A stretch of 63,955 nt of DNA, the filler included, from Octopus bimaculoides (Eukaryota), in assembly GCF_001194135.2 (NCBI RefSeq). It is 5 parts of 5 records of this genome, joined end to end, with 100 filler letters (N's around TTAATTAATTAA, not from the genome) between each part and the next. Parts side by side here need not be neighbours in the genome. Positions count along the whole stretch, not along the records: positions 1 to 23,660 come from NC_068995.1; 4 more parts are not named here. One strand, written 5' to 3'. A program made the position numbers and the translations under genes. Below, piece by piece: positions 1 to 12,220 of the stretch (position 1 is its first letter; each line of letters begins with the position of its first letter). The notes below the pieces were generated by a model. That model ran no database searches. It saw only the letters and a program-made list of their open reading frames with translations, and was not told the DNA's origin.

Positions 1-54
<54 letters not shown>

Positions 55-58
55 TATC

Positions 59-1420
59 ATTCCCTTTGCACATTTAACGCTGGAGATGTACGGTGTCAGC
101 TGTTCACTATCAGTGAACTAAGGTGACACCTCTTATTTTTCGAGCACCTTCCGGAGTATTCGGGCGGTGCCAAGCAATGCTGTTTACTGCAAGTGCTCCA
201 CCCTTATCGCAGCCCCTATTTGTTCCACGTACTTTTCGAGATTTTTGCTCACTGTTCCCAGGGCTCCGACAATTATTGGTACTACTGCTACCTTTTTCAT
301 CGAACACAACTGCTTAACTTCCCAAGTTTACCTGTCGTATCTCTCAACTCCTCTTTCTTCCTTATTGCATACCTTGTCAGCTGGGCATGCTATATCTATG
401 ATCCAGCATAGTTCGTTTTCTTTCTCAAATAATACTATGTCTGGCTTCCCATTCTCTATCTCATGGTCTCACTGAATCACAAAACCCCATAGGATCTTTG
501 CATTTTTATTTTCGACGACGCCTTCGGGTTTGTGGCCGTACCAATTTTTTGCTCTGTTAAGTCCATACTTGTTGCAAAGTGTCCAATGGACAAGCCTAGC
601 TCTATTGTCGTGGCTTCTCTTATATTCCTTCTGGGCTAGTGGCGTACATTGGCTGGTAATATGCCATACGGTTTCACTATTTTGTCCACAGATTCTGCAC
701 TTATTACTTTCTGATGTGTTGTCTATTCTATATTTTACTATAGTTTGTTCTTAGTGCTTGCTCTAAGATTACAACCTCCGTTTCCGGTTTTAAATCACTT
801 TTAGTCATCCACAGCCATCTATTTTCTCTTTGTCTACCTTATCTTCAACATCCCTATGAAATTGACCATGCATTCTTTTCTTTACTCGCCTATTTTCAGT
901 TTCATTCGTTTTCATTTTCTTGTACAGTGCTTTATATTTGCAATCCTACTGAAGCCTGGCCTCCTTATTTCTAATAATAGCGGTTCTGTGGCATTTTTTA
1001 TCAGGTCATCCCATAAGTTCTGTCCGAATCTATCTGCTACATGACCTTCCCCGACAGTATCGTTAGCCCGTTCATGCATTAGATTTTGCCTCTCTTCAAG
1101 ACTAACACATCACACTTTCTCAGTCTGAACTCCATTCTGATATCAGCACTGAAGGTATACACCGTATCACCGAGGGAACTGACTTGGTCATCCATGAATA
1201 ACAAATGCCTGCCATTTTGTTGGCGGCTTTTGAATACATACCCAGCTTTTGCTTTCCTCAGAATCAGCGTTAGTGGTATCAAGCACAGTACAAAGATCAG
1301 TGGGGTCAGGCAGTCCTCTTGGAAGATGCCCCTTCTAATCTCTATCATCCCTCAACGTCTTCCGTAGGTTGTCAGGCCGTTCTCCAATTCGGCATACTTT
1401 TTCCAAGCAATCGTTCAACT
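59..1420 (-). mobile_element. R4/Dong-like RLE non-LTR retrotransposon fragment (lineage Z), 5'-truncated and internally deleted
   Basis: Minus strand gives an RT motif (EIRRGIFQEDCLTPLIF, HLLFMDD), a CCHC knuckle (CRICGQNSETVWHITSQC), an RLE motif (KPDIVLF...IIDIACP) and the end ALLGTARILRKVLEK-stop; (TAA)n on both sides. Confidence 0.85.
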
Positions 1421-1445
1421 TTATTATTATTATCATCATCATCAC

Positions 1446-1523
<78 letters not shown>

Positions 1524-1530
1524 CATTATT
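1421..1530. repeat. (TAA)n microsatellite between two retroelements (also 1-58, 4318-4371, 62493-62576, 63360-63484)
   Basis: Directly visible trinucleotide arrays. Confidence 0.97.
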
Positions 1531-2409
1531 CAGTAGTTTTATTTTTATAATGTGCTTTCACTTCACTACCGAGCGCAGCTCTGTGTGCCTTGGGTATGTG
1601 CTGTGGTTTGCTGTGATGCTCTTAGGGTTACTATATTGAAAGTGTTTTGCGTAGGATGTGTGCAGTGCCCAGTAGTGCAATTTTCTGTATGTTATATATA
1701 TTTGTAAGTCCTGATGTTTTTGTTATGTATTTTTCTGAATATTTTTTTTATCATACCTAAGGCACCTATTATGATAGGAATTGTTTCTGTTTTTATATTC
1801 CACATTCGAGTTACCTCTATTTCAAGGTCTTTGTATTTTGAAAGCTTCTCCATTTCTTTTAGGGAAACGTTGTCATCTGCTGGTATTGGTACATCAATTA
1901 GAAAGGATTTTTTTCCTTCATGGCCTATTGGCCTTAATTTCTCTATCTGTGTGTATTGGCATATCCCAGAGTATGGTTGCTTTCTCGTTTTCTGTGACCT
2001 TTTCTGGCTTGTGCCTATACCATCTTTTTTCTGTTGTTATTCCATAGTGTTGGCATAGCTTCCAGTGTATGTAGGTCCCAACACTGTCGTGTCTGTGAAT
2101 ATATTCCTTGTTAGCCAGGACTGGGCAGCCAGAGATGATATGTTTTATTGTTGTCCATCGCCACATATTCTGCAGTTACTTGTTATGTTTCTTTTCATTA
2201 TATGTTTTTGGTAATTTCTGGTGGGGAGGCTTTGGTCATGTGCAGCAATTAAAAATCCTTCGGTTTCTGCTGGGATTTTTCTCTGTCTATTTCTTTTGCA
2301 TTTAGTTTAGCCCAATATTTGCTATGAATGGGCTTTTTTTGCCATCGTTTTATCATGATCCGTTGCTGTTCTAGTTTTAGTTTGGATTTCATTTGTTTTA
2401 TAGCTTTTG
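1531..2409 (-). mobile_element. R4/Dong-like 3' segment (lineage Y)
   Basis: HIISGCPVLANKEYIHRHDSVGTYIHWKLC...ILWDMPIHTDREIKANRP; 3' UTR closely matches the copy at 62577-63359; 3' end abuts (TAA)n. Confidence 0.88.
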
Positions 2410-2517
2410 TTTCTTCTTCTTCTTCTTCTTCTTCTTCTTCTTCTTCTTCTTCTTCTTCTTCTTCTTCTTCTTCTTCTTCTTCTTCTTCTTCTTCTTCTTC
2501 TTCTTCTTCTTCTTCTT
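2410..2517. repeat. (GAA)n microsatellite (second tract 4230-4319; third from 35218)
   Basis: Directly visible pure array. Confidence 0.97.
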
Positions 2518-4229
2518 GATCTGACTCGTCTATAGTATTCTTTCTTTCTTTTCTCTTTCATTTGTGTGTGTTGTATCCTATCTAGTTCATTGATTCCTAA
2601 ATATTTGTTTGTCTTGCTTTGGTCTAATTCTCTTATTTCATTGGCTTTATCTAGTGTGATGTTGCTACTCTTAACTAGTTTTCCTCTTTTCAGGGTTGCT
2701 TTGGCACATTTTTATAATCCAAATTTCACATCTAATTCTTTGGTAAATCCATGTACTGTCTGTAGTAGTGTTTCCAGCTATTTATCATTTGTAACGTATA
2801 GTTTTAGGTCATCCATATATAAAAGGTGGCTGATTGTTTTGCTGTAACATTTTTATCCGCATCCAGTTCTATTTAGCAAGTCAGATAAAGGTGCCAGTGC
2901 CAAGCAGAACAGGAGTGGAGAGAGCGTGTCGCCCTGGAATATTCTTCTTCTAATGGGGATGGCTTTGGTTTTCACGAGTCCCTCTTTTGCTTGGAGCACT
3001 GTCTGCCATTTATTCATAGAGTGTCTTATGTATTTTATAATTATTTGTGCCACCTTGTTTATGGCTAGTGTTTCGAGGATCCACGTGTAGGGAACACTAT
3101 CAAAAGCCTTTCGGTAATCGATCCAGGGCATACTGAGGCCTTTCTTCTTTCAGTTATGACTTTATTGATCATTAATTGATCTTTACAGCCGTATGAGCCC
3201 TTGCAGTATCCCTTCTGCTCTTCTGGAAACAGGTTGTTTTCTTCTAGGTGCTTACTCAATCTCTGCAGTAAAGGCTTTGTAGATTGTAGGGAGACAGGTT
3301 ATAGGTTTGTAGTTTTATGGTTTTGCCGTTTCCGTGGATTTGGGAATTAGGATGGTTGTCCCTTTCATGAGTCATTCAGGCATTGTCTCTGGCTCTGCTA
3401 GTATGTCGTGAAAGTTTTCAGCTAGCTTTTTGTGTATTCCTGGCAGATATTTCAACCAGAAGTTGGGGATCTTGTCGTGCCCAGGTGCCTTCCAGTTGCT
3501 TAGTCTTTGCAGTGCTTGGGTGACCTTTTCAGTTGTTATAGGGGTCCAGAGTTGCTCAGTTGCTAAGGTCGTTGTTTTAATAGTCCTTTTCTGAGGTTGT
3601 TGCTTCACCGACCATATTTCTTTCCAAAATTATTCCACTTCTTCTGTAGTTGGTGCTGCAGTAATGTCTATTTTATTTTTGCCATGTTCTTGGTAGAATT
3701 TTTGGGGATTGGATTTGAACTGTTTGTTTTGTTCAAAGAAACGTTGACTTTTCTCATACCGGCACATCCTTTGTCCTTTGGCAAGGATATCTTGCTTTAG
3801 CTTTTCTTTTACCTCAGGTAAATCTTTTTCTGTAATGTTGTATAGTATTTTTGTTTTCTTCTTGTTACTTAGTAGTGTTGATTGTATACTAATTTCGTTA
3901 AGAATCGACAGATCTTTTCTTTTTTTTTAATTTTGTTTTCGATATTATTTATCCACAAGGTCTGTTTGGGCGGTGGAACTCCTGTTCGGATGGGTTTGAG
4001 GGTGTATCCTGCTTCTTTTGTGGCTGCAGTGGCTGCTGCATATATTATGTCATTTAGCTCAGTGATATTACCATTTGTTTCTGTAGCTATTAGTTCCGTG
4101 ACGGCCAAGTTTATGCTATTTATTATTGATGGAAGGTATAATCTGTGGTCCATTCTAAGATCTGTTGTTTTCAGTTCTTTGATTATTCTCATTTTTATAG
4201 TATCATAATCATTAGGTTCCCCTTCACTG
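2518..4229 (-). mobile_element. R4/Dong-like N-terminal and RT segment (probably lineage Y), disrupted
   Basis: WKAPGHDKIPNFWLK, EEQKGYCKGSYGCKDQLMI, WIDYRKAFDSVP, IFQGDTLSPLLFCL, LYMDDLK; bounded by (GAA)n on both sides. Confidence 0.88.
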
Positions 4230-4289
4230 TTTCTTCTTCTTCTTCTTCTTCTTCTTCTTCTTCTTCTTCTTCTTCTTCTTCTTCTTCTT

Positions 4290-4360
<71 letters not shown>

Positions 4361-4371
4361 CATCATCATTA

Positions 4372-5521
4372 AATTCTGTTTCCATTTCTTGTCGAGAGTC
4401 TTTGTGACACCTAGGGTAGAGAAACTCACTGTATACATTGGTAAGCCATTAGAATACACACACCAGAGTGTTCATTTACAAAGTCATGTGATAGAGAAAA
4501 GGGGGGAGAAAACAGAGAGAAATAGGAAACAAATAAAAAAATAAGAATAAAGAAGTAAACAAAGAAAATAAAAGGGAATAAAGGAAAGAAAATTCACGGA
4601 GACAATGCTCTTCTCAGTATGTGTGACGTACCAGTTAAGATGATCTTTAACATTTCCTGCTTAAATGGTAAGCCAGGGATCATTCTTACATAATTTTCGG
4701 TTCCTTTTTTGATCATTCCAAATGCTCCTATAATCATTGGTATTCGAACCGTCTTGTGATGTCACATCTTTTCGATTTCGATTAGCAAATTTTTATATTT
4801 TCTGAGCTTATCAAATTGTTTTGCGAGATATGGTCACAGAGTATGCTCATGTCAATCAATAAACAAACTTTACACTATCTGGTTTATTTGCTTTAATGGT
4901 CTGGTCTCTACATACTGGTAAGTCCCAAAAAATCGTTGCATTTTCTCCCTCAGTTACAACCTCAGAGTGGTGCTCGTACTATTTGTCAGCAGTTTTGATT
5001 TTATAATGCCGACACATTATCCAATGTAGATATTGGCCAACTCTGTCATGTCTTCATTCATATTTTACAGGTGCTCAAACCTTACACCCAGAGATCAGGT
5101 GGTCCACTGTTTCAATACCTTCGTTGCAGTTTCGGCACTTTGGGTCTATTCCATTTTTTATCACATTGACTTGATAATTCCGGGTCAATAAGCTCTGATC
5201 TTGAGTAGCCAAGATAAAGCGTTCGCTCTCAGCCTTTAACCCTGAGCTCTGTAGTCACTGGTGGGTGTGCTTCTGATCTACATCAGCTTCTTTGCTACGG
5301 ACCACATATTTTCATTGCAGAGATTTTTTGTTCTCACCTATAAACCAAATGTTCAAGCGCATTTTGCTTTGCTATTGATTTCGCTTTCTTTGCAGTTACA
5401 GTTGCCGCACTTTCATCATACTGATCAGCCTAGGTATTATGAATGAGTTCACTAACAAATTTTTTGCTCTCCTTCATGACAGAATGAAGCTTCTTACGTC
5501 TTTCGTTATTTTCAACGAATT
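4372..5521 (-). mobile_element. R4/Dong-like 3' segment (lineage X), runs into a gap
   Basis: Degenerate RLE C-terminus (LLIDMSILCDH...IIGAFGMIKKG...TGTSHILRRALS); 3' UTR similar to that starting near 6700; 3' end abuts (TAA)n 4318-4371. Confidence 0.8.
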
Positions 5522-6344
5522 NNNNNNNNNNNNNNNNNNNNNNNNNNNNNNNNNNNNNNNNNNNNNNNNNNNNNNNNNNNNNNNNNNNNNNNNNNNNNNN
5601 NNNNNNNNNNNNNNNNNNNNNNNNNNNNNNNNNNNNNNNNNNNNNNNNNNNNNNNNNNNNNNNNNNNNNNNNNNNNNNNNNNNNNNNNNNNNNNNNNNNN
5701 NNNNNNNNNNNNNNNNNNNNNNNNNNNNNNNNNNNNNNNNNNNNNNNNNNNNNNNNNNNNNNNNNNNNNNNNNNNNNNNNNNNNNNNNNNNNNNNNNNNN
5801 NNNNNNNNNNNNNNNNNNNNNNNNNNNNNNNNNNNNNNNNNNNNNNNNNNNNNNNNNNNNNNNNNNNNNNNNNNNNNNNNNNNNNNNNNNNNNNNNNNNN
5901 NNNNNNNNNNNNNNNNNNNNNNNNNNNNNNNNNNNNNNNNNNNNNNNNNNNNNNNNNNNNNNNNNNNNNNNNNNNNNNNNNNNNNNNNNNNNNNNNNNNN
6001 NNNNNNNNNNNNNNNNNNNNNNNNNNNNNNNNNNNNNNNNNNNNNNNNNNNNNNNNNNNNNNNNNNNNNNNNNNNNNNNNNNNNNNNNNNNNNNNNNNNN
6101 NNNNNNNNNNNNNNNNNNNNNNNNNNNNNNNNNNNNNNNNNNNNNNNNNNNNNNNNNNNNNNNNNNNNNNNNNNNNNNNNNNNNNNNNNNNNNNNNNNNN
6201 NNNNNNNNNNNNNNNNNNNNNNNNNNNNNNNNNNNNNNNNNNNNNNNNNNNNNNNNNNNNNNNNNNNNNNCCCAGTTTACACACGCAAATTCACAGGTAT
6301 TTAAGAAAAAAAAAAAAAAAATTCATGAATGGATGTTTTCACAG

Positions 6345-6510
6345 CGATAATGCTCTTCTCAGTACATGAGTCGTTCCAGTTAGCACGATTTTTTGCACTT
6401 CCTGTAGGGATGGTAAGCCTGGTATCATTTTCAAATAGGTTTCAGTACCTTTTTTTTTATCATTCCTAGAGATCCTACAATCACTGGTATGGTAGTCGCC
6501 TTGAGGTGCC
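6345..6510 (-). mobile_element. Short R4/Dong-like C-terminal coding remnant (lineage X)
   Basis: Minus strand reads WHLKATTIPVIVGSLGMIKK...TGTTHVLRRALS, homologous to 4605-4760 and 6885-7030. Confidence 0.7.
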
Positions 6511-6692
6511 ACATTTCATCTGTCTTTGTGTTCTGAGTTCAAATTCCGCCGAGATCGACCTTGCGTTTCATTCTTTCGGGGTCGATAAAATAAGTACCAG
6601 TTGAAAACTGGGGTCGATGCAATCGACTCCTCCTCTCCCCCAAAATTGCTGCCCTTGTTGAAAATTTTGAAACCATTATTATTATTATTATT

Positions 6693-9150
6693 AGTTTTTC
6701 TCTTTCCTTCAACTCTGTTTCCATTTCTTGCCGAGTGTCTTTCCGACATCTACGACGCAAAACAACCTCACTGTATTTATTGATAGGCCAGTAAAATAGA
6801 CACACCAGATTGTTCATTTACAAAATCATATAAAATTATGTAGAAAAGAAGTTATTTATTTGGAAGGTAATCGTTCTCACAACGACAATGCTCTACTCAA
6901 TACATGTGACGTACCACTTAAAACAATCCTTTACTTCTTGCCGAGATGGTACGCTAGAGATATTTCCACAATTTTCATTTTTTATCATCACTAGTGCTCC
7001 TACAATTACTGGTATTGTAATTGCCTTGAGATGCCACTGTTTTTCGATTTCAATGAACAAATCTTTATATTTTCTGAGCTTGTGAAATTCTTTTGCTGAA
7101 ATATTATGATCACAAAGGATACTTGTGTCAATCAAAAAACAGATTTTGCTATTTTTGTCTTTTGTAATATCCGGTTTATTAGCTTTGATGGCTGATCTGT
7201 ATGTACTGGAAAGTTCCAAAGTATCCTTACACTGTTTCCCTCAGTTACAGTCTTGGGGTGATGCTTATACTACTTGTCGACAGTTGTGATTTTATAATTC
7301 TGCCTTGATTTATACTCTTCTGGTGCTAAAACTTTACATCTGGAGATTAAGTGGTCTACTGTTTCAATCTCCCCATTGCAGAATCGGCACTTTATTCTAC
7401 TTCATTTTTCATCACACTGGTTTGGTAGTTCCGGATCAATAAGATTTAATCTTGAGCAACAAAAATGAAGCCTTCGCTCTCTACCTTTAGCTCTGAGCTT
7501 CGTAGTCACTCATGAGTGGCGGGTCAATATCAGCTTGTTTGCTACGGGCCACATATTTGCCATGCAGAGGTTTCTGCTCTCACCTACCAGCCAATTGACT
7601 ATGCACTTTTTTCTTTGTCATTAATTTTGATTTTTTTGCCACCACAGTTGCCACACTTCCCTCGGGCTGTTCAACCTGAATATCATTAATGAAATCAATT
7701 ACAAATTGTTTACTCTCCTTCAAGATAGAATGAAACTTCTTACACTTCTCTGATTTGCAATGAGTTTTAGCATACAATCATCAGTTGTTTCAAGATATTT
7801 GGCCAATCCAATTGCGGTGGTTTTCTAAGAAGTTAAAACTGGATCAAGCATCAACCACCTTGGGCTCTGTAAAGGTAGAGATGATCCACATCTGCCTTTG
7901 GGTGGTGCATCAGCAGCTTACGAATTTTTCAATCAATTTTCCTTATTATACTGATATTTCAGTTCAACACATTGAAGCTATAAGTAACAATTTAAACTGC
8001 TAAGGAATTTATGGCTAACAACTTGTTATAGATATTTAATTCAGATTTCATAACAGCTCATTCTCTCCTATTAAGTGCCTGTCAGATCTTTTTTCATTCC
8101 TACATGTTGAATGCCAGAGCCTTCGTTCATTCCCAGGTATTTATAAGTTTGTTCCTGTTCAAGTTCTTTTATAACTGTGTCAACAGCTAACACTACTGGA
8201 TTTGAGATTATCAATTTCCTTTTCTTGAACGTGGCTTTGGCACACTTATCGAGACCAGACTCCATCCCAGTATCATCACTGAATGCTCATCATTGTCTTT
8301 GCCATAGTTAAGTCATCCACATGAAATAGGTGGTTTATTTTCTTGTCGATTATATAACAATACCCTGTTCTGTTAAGTTCAATTGCAAAGAGTATTAGAG
8401 CTATCTCAAAAATTTGTTTGATGTTAGTACTCCTTAAAATGATATAATTGGAGATTCGTGTTCTACAATGACATGCTTCGGAACGTTTGAAATTGCTGGA
8501 GAAATTATGAAGAATCCATTGATTTCAGGCCTACAAAAGCCTTTTTGTAATCAATCCATGCGGAACTGAGATGTCTGCGTTTATTATAACAGTTCTCAAG
8601 GATCATTCGATTATTTAAGAGTTGATTTTCGTATCCATATGAGCCTCCAGGCAGCCTTTCTGTTCAGTGTGGAAAATATTGTTCACTTGCATTTGCATAT
8701 GTTTTCTCCACAAGAATAGAAGTTAAAATTTTATAAGTGGCGATACTGGACTAACTTTTCGTGTGTGCTCGGGGGCGATGATAGCCCGAAATTTGGTATC
8801 CTATCTTTACCGGGCGATTTCCATTTACGAGCCCTTCTAAGTGCCATCCTTATATATGCTACTGAGATTTCTTCCCAGGTTGTATGCTTGTTCTGGTAAA
8901 TTTTGGTAGGGTCCTTCGCTGAGTTTAATCTAATCAATATTTTCATTGTATGTATTCTCATCGCTACAAATCCTGTTGCAAAACTTTTCACTTTCTTAAA
9001 TGGGAGTAGGGTCTTCAATAGTTATGTTTTCCTTCCCTATTTCTTTGTAAAATGTTTTGGCATTGGATGTGAACAGCCTGTTTTGCTTGTAAAAATTGTT
9101 TCTTTTCTTAAACCTTCGTATTCTTCGAGCTTTTGCTTGAAACTGTTCTC
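6693..9150 (-). mobile_element. Degenerate R4/Dong-like element (lineage X 3' end with RT and N-terminal pieces)
   Basis: KANKPDI...FLIDTSILCDHN (RLE), GLDKCAKATF...YKYLG (RT C-terminus), WKSPGKDRIPNF, QAKARRIRRFKKRNNFYKQNRLF; many stops and deletions. Confidence 0.8.
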
Positions 9151-10504
9151 TATGTACAGTGCCCGAACATTGCCTGACCTGTGAAGTTATGTCAAACACT
9201 TGCCACGTGTAGGACAGATCCAGCCATCGGATTACTTCATCGTGAAAATCGCCTCGTCGTCTTCCTTTGGTGGACGTGATTCAGAAGGCTTGAAGGCAAG
9301 CATTTTCCTCTTCCGCCAAGCCCTCATCAACTTTTTCAGATTATACTTGGTGAAAAGAGTGATCTTGGAGAGGGGGGTGCTATCTCCCGGTACGTTTGTT
9401 GAAAGGTGGATGAATATAGCAAGGATGGCTCGAGTAAGTGGACCTACTCTAAGCATGTGCCTATAGACTGAAATTTACTGAGAGGGGCACTTACCATGGT
9501 ACACCTGGTGAGTTGTCTTTTTGGGTGGGTAATTTCATGTGTGTTGTGTGAATGGTATAATGAGTTTCAGTGTCAGGCAGTGATTGACTAGTATACGTGA
9601 CGTGCGGTTTGTGTTGAATTAATGGGCTGCAACAATACAGACTATGAGCTGCTAATGTTAAATAATGCAAGAGTGCTGTTGTGTTATTTTATTAGATATC
9701 ATTCGTATAGATTCGTATGCGCTGTGTGAATTGTTTTATTTCCTTAAGTTCTTATTGTTGTATAAGGATGTGTAATAAGCAGAGAGTGTACTGCTTCAGT
9801 TTTGTTAGTCAATTGAATGTAACTTGGCGTAAGATGTGGTACATATCTAATGACGCTTGGGAGAGGAATACCTGTGTAGGTATGGTTTGTATATTTCTAT
9901 TTATATTTTTTTATGAAGCCTAATGCTCCTATTATCTTTGCTTTCATGATTCACCCACTGTACTTTCATTTGAAGCTACTTGTGTTTTGACATTTTTTTA
10001 CCTTCTTTTTGGAAATGTTTGTGTGAGAAAGATCGAGATGTAAAGCAATGTACAGATATTTCGTTCCTTGTCTGAACTCTTTAGTTAGTTTGAAGAGGCA
10101 TATATCATGTCATTTTGACCAGGTCGTTGTCATGTGACGTGTTTGCTATATGTTTATACATGTCCACTTTCATTTTGAAGTTTTGGCACATTGACCAGAG
10201 GCCATATCTACAAACTCTATATCCAGATTTGGCAAGGATTTAGCACTCGGACTTTATGTTCTAAATTGTCTCTTTGTCAGCACTTAATGTTAGCATTTCT
10301 TTCACTTTGTTATTTCTATTGTTGTTTGTGACTAGTTTGTGTAACTCGAATCAGATCTGTTGGTCTTATTTTTGAGACCTTTTTGGCGTTTGCTCTAGAA
10401 TATATCCTCTCTTTCTATTCTTAAGAGACCTTGGCCATACAAAATCACATGTGAATTTGATTGAACAGGGTAAAAGAATTTAAAGTTAATGCGAATATGA
10501 ATTA

Positions 10505-10925
10505 TTCTTTTGTTCTTTTATTCTTTTACTTGTTTCAGTCATTTGACTGTGGCCATGCTGGAGCACTGCTTTTTTTTTGTCGAAGAAATCGACTCCTGGA
10601 CTTATTCTTTGTAAGCCTGATACTTACTCCATCGAACACTCCTGCCGAACTGATAAGTTACGGGGATGTAAACATACCAACATTGGTTGTCAAGCGATGG
10701 AGGCGGGAACTAACAGACACAAACACACATATAAATACATACATATACATATATATACATATATATGATGGGCTTTCAGTTTCCATCGATCAAATCCACT
10801 CAAAAGATTTTGGTCTGCTCAAAGCTATAGTAGGAGACACTTGCCCAAGGTGCCACGCAGCGGGACTGAACCCGGAACCATGTGGTTGGGAAGCAAGCTT
10901 CTTACCATACAGCCACTCCTGCACC
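10505..10925 (-). mobile_element. tRNA-derived SINE family A (other copies ~28383-28545, 40862-41030 +, 43365-43750, 46962-47190, 48315-48441, 63487-63675)
   Basis: Recurrent head GGCTGTGTGGTAAGAAGCTTGCTTCCCAACCACATGGTTCCGGGTTCAGTCCC with A- and B-box-like motifs and a shared body containing an internal microsatellite. Confidence 0.85.
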
Positions 10926-11143
10926 TGCAAAACAAACAATTTATTTACTGCATTACATGTGTACAATACAATGAGAACTATATCGGCCAAACAAGAACAA
11001 AATTAAGGAACCGAGTCAGACTACATAAACAACAAATTAAGAATCCATCCTTAAGAAATTTCCATATAGGGAACATAGGAATATTTATGCGCATAGGAAA
11101 TTTAAAATATTCCTTTTTCAAAATGAAAGAAGAATATTGTTAA
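10926..11143 (+). pseudogene. Penelope-like GIY-YIG endonuclease remnant
   Basis: TCKTNNL, a frameshift, then IYCITCVQYNENYIGQTRTKLRNRVRLH, matching the IYCIxC...YIGxT...R...H pattern of PLE endonucleases. Confidence 0.75.
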
Positions 11144-11414
11144 TTACAGAAGATAATAAAGGAATGTGTCATAAAAATTTTCGATCTGGTGACTGTCGTC
11201 ACTGTACATTAATACTACTATACAGATATATACATGTGTGTTTGAAAAGCTGGAGATAGCAAAAGTCCATTCATAAAAACCTTCTGTCAGGTCTGATTTA
11301 GCGACTATTTTTAAGGATTACTTTTAATTAATAATTTTTAACTTACAATTTTTTTTTTCAAATATTGTGAATATATCAAGAAATTTTCCTTCATTTCTTT
11401 ACACTCACACACTT

Positions 11415-11460
<46 letters not shown>

Positions 11461-11640
11461 ACACACACACATATGTATATGTGTGTATGTGTGCGTGTGT
11501 GTGCGTGCGTGTGCGTACGTGCGCGCGAATGTATGTCTTTATTCTGTTTGTGATTATTCAAATTCTTCCTCTGAGGAAGGAGCTGGTTTCTGATAAAGAT
11601 AAAAAGCTCTATCGGTGAAATGTAAATAACAAAAACAATG

Positions 11641-12220
11641 GGATCTATTTTAAAACGGGGGCCACATTTTTCATTAATGTTTTACGTAGTGTTTTTGGTA
11701 CGGAAAGACTTTCAAACTTCGTATACTTATCTATTTTGTGTTATAGAACAGAAAAATATTTTTGTATTCGAATTTATTTCATGTAAAAAATTGTCTTATT
11801 TCGATAATTTCAACCAATCACTGACAAGTATTCAGTTGTTTACATTTACTCCTTTGGCTGATTAAGCGATGTAAAGTGTATTTAATCTCCATACCTTCGT
11901 TTTATTTGCTTTTTTCATTTTAAATTTGCTTTAACCCTAACCCTAACCCTAACCCTAGGGTTAGGGTTAGGGTTAGGGTTAATTGTTTCAGAATCGTTTG
12001 GTTATGTAGTCGGCACTTAATGTATATCGGCTGAATGGACGTCAGTGATTGGTTGAAATTACAGAAATACGACAACTTTAACATGGAATAACTTATGGAT
12101 TTCTTTTTTTTTAAAGAAGACTAAGAGAAAAAGATGTTTTATATGTCACATTCTACCAGTGTTCCAAGTTTCAAAGTGTTTCGTTAATGAAAAATGTGAC
12201 CCCCGTTTTAAAAAAGATCC
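11641..12220. mobile_element. 580-bp MITE, Merlin-like (GG...CC termini, 8-bp TSD)
   Basis: 37-bp TIRs at 11641-11677 and 12184-12220 (35/37 match); AAACAATG duplicated at 11633-11640 and 12221-12228; no ORF. Superfamily is inferred from termini and TSD length; hAT or P are not excluded. Confidence 0.85.
11931..11982. repeat. Perfect 52-bp palindrome of telomeric repeats, (CCCTAA)n then (TTAGGG)n
   Basis: TTAACCCTAACCCTAACCCTAACCCT|AGGGTTAGGGTTAGGGTTAGGGTTAA read directly. Confidence 0.97.

Noticed and set aside
9160-9240. TGF-beta prodomain-like WQVFDITSQV peptide, or an upstream Wnt16 exon
   Set aside because: The short match is preceded by in-frame stops with no further homology, and no frame yields Wnt motifs.
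11931-11982. Telomere-telomere chromosome fusion scar
   Set aside because: A fusion gives (TTAGGG)n then (CCCTAA)n; this is the opposite order and lies inside a TSD-flanked element.
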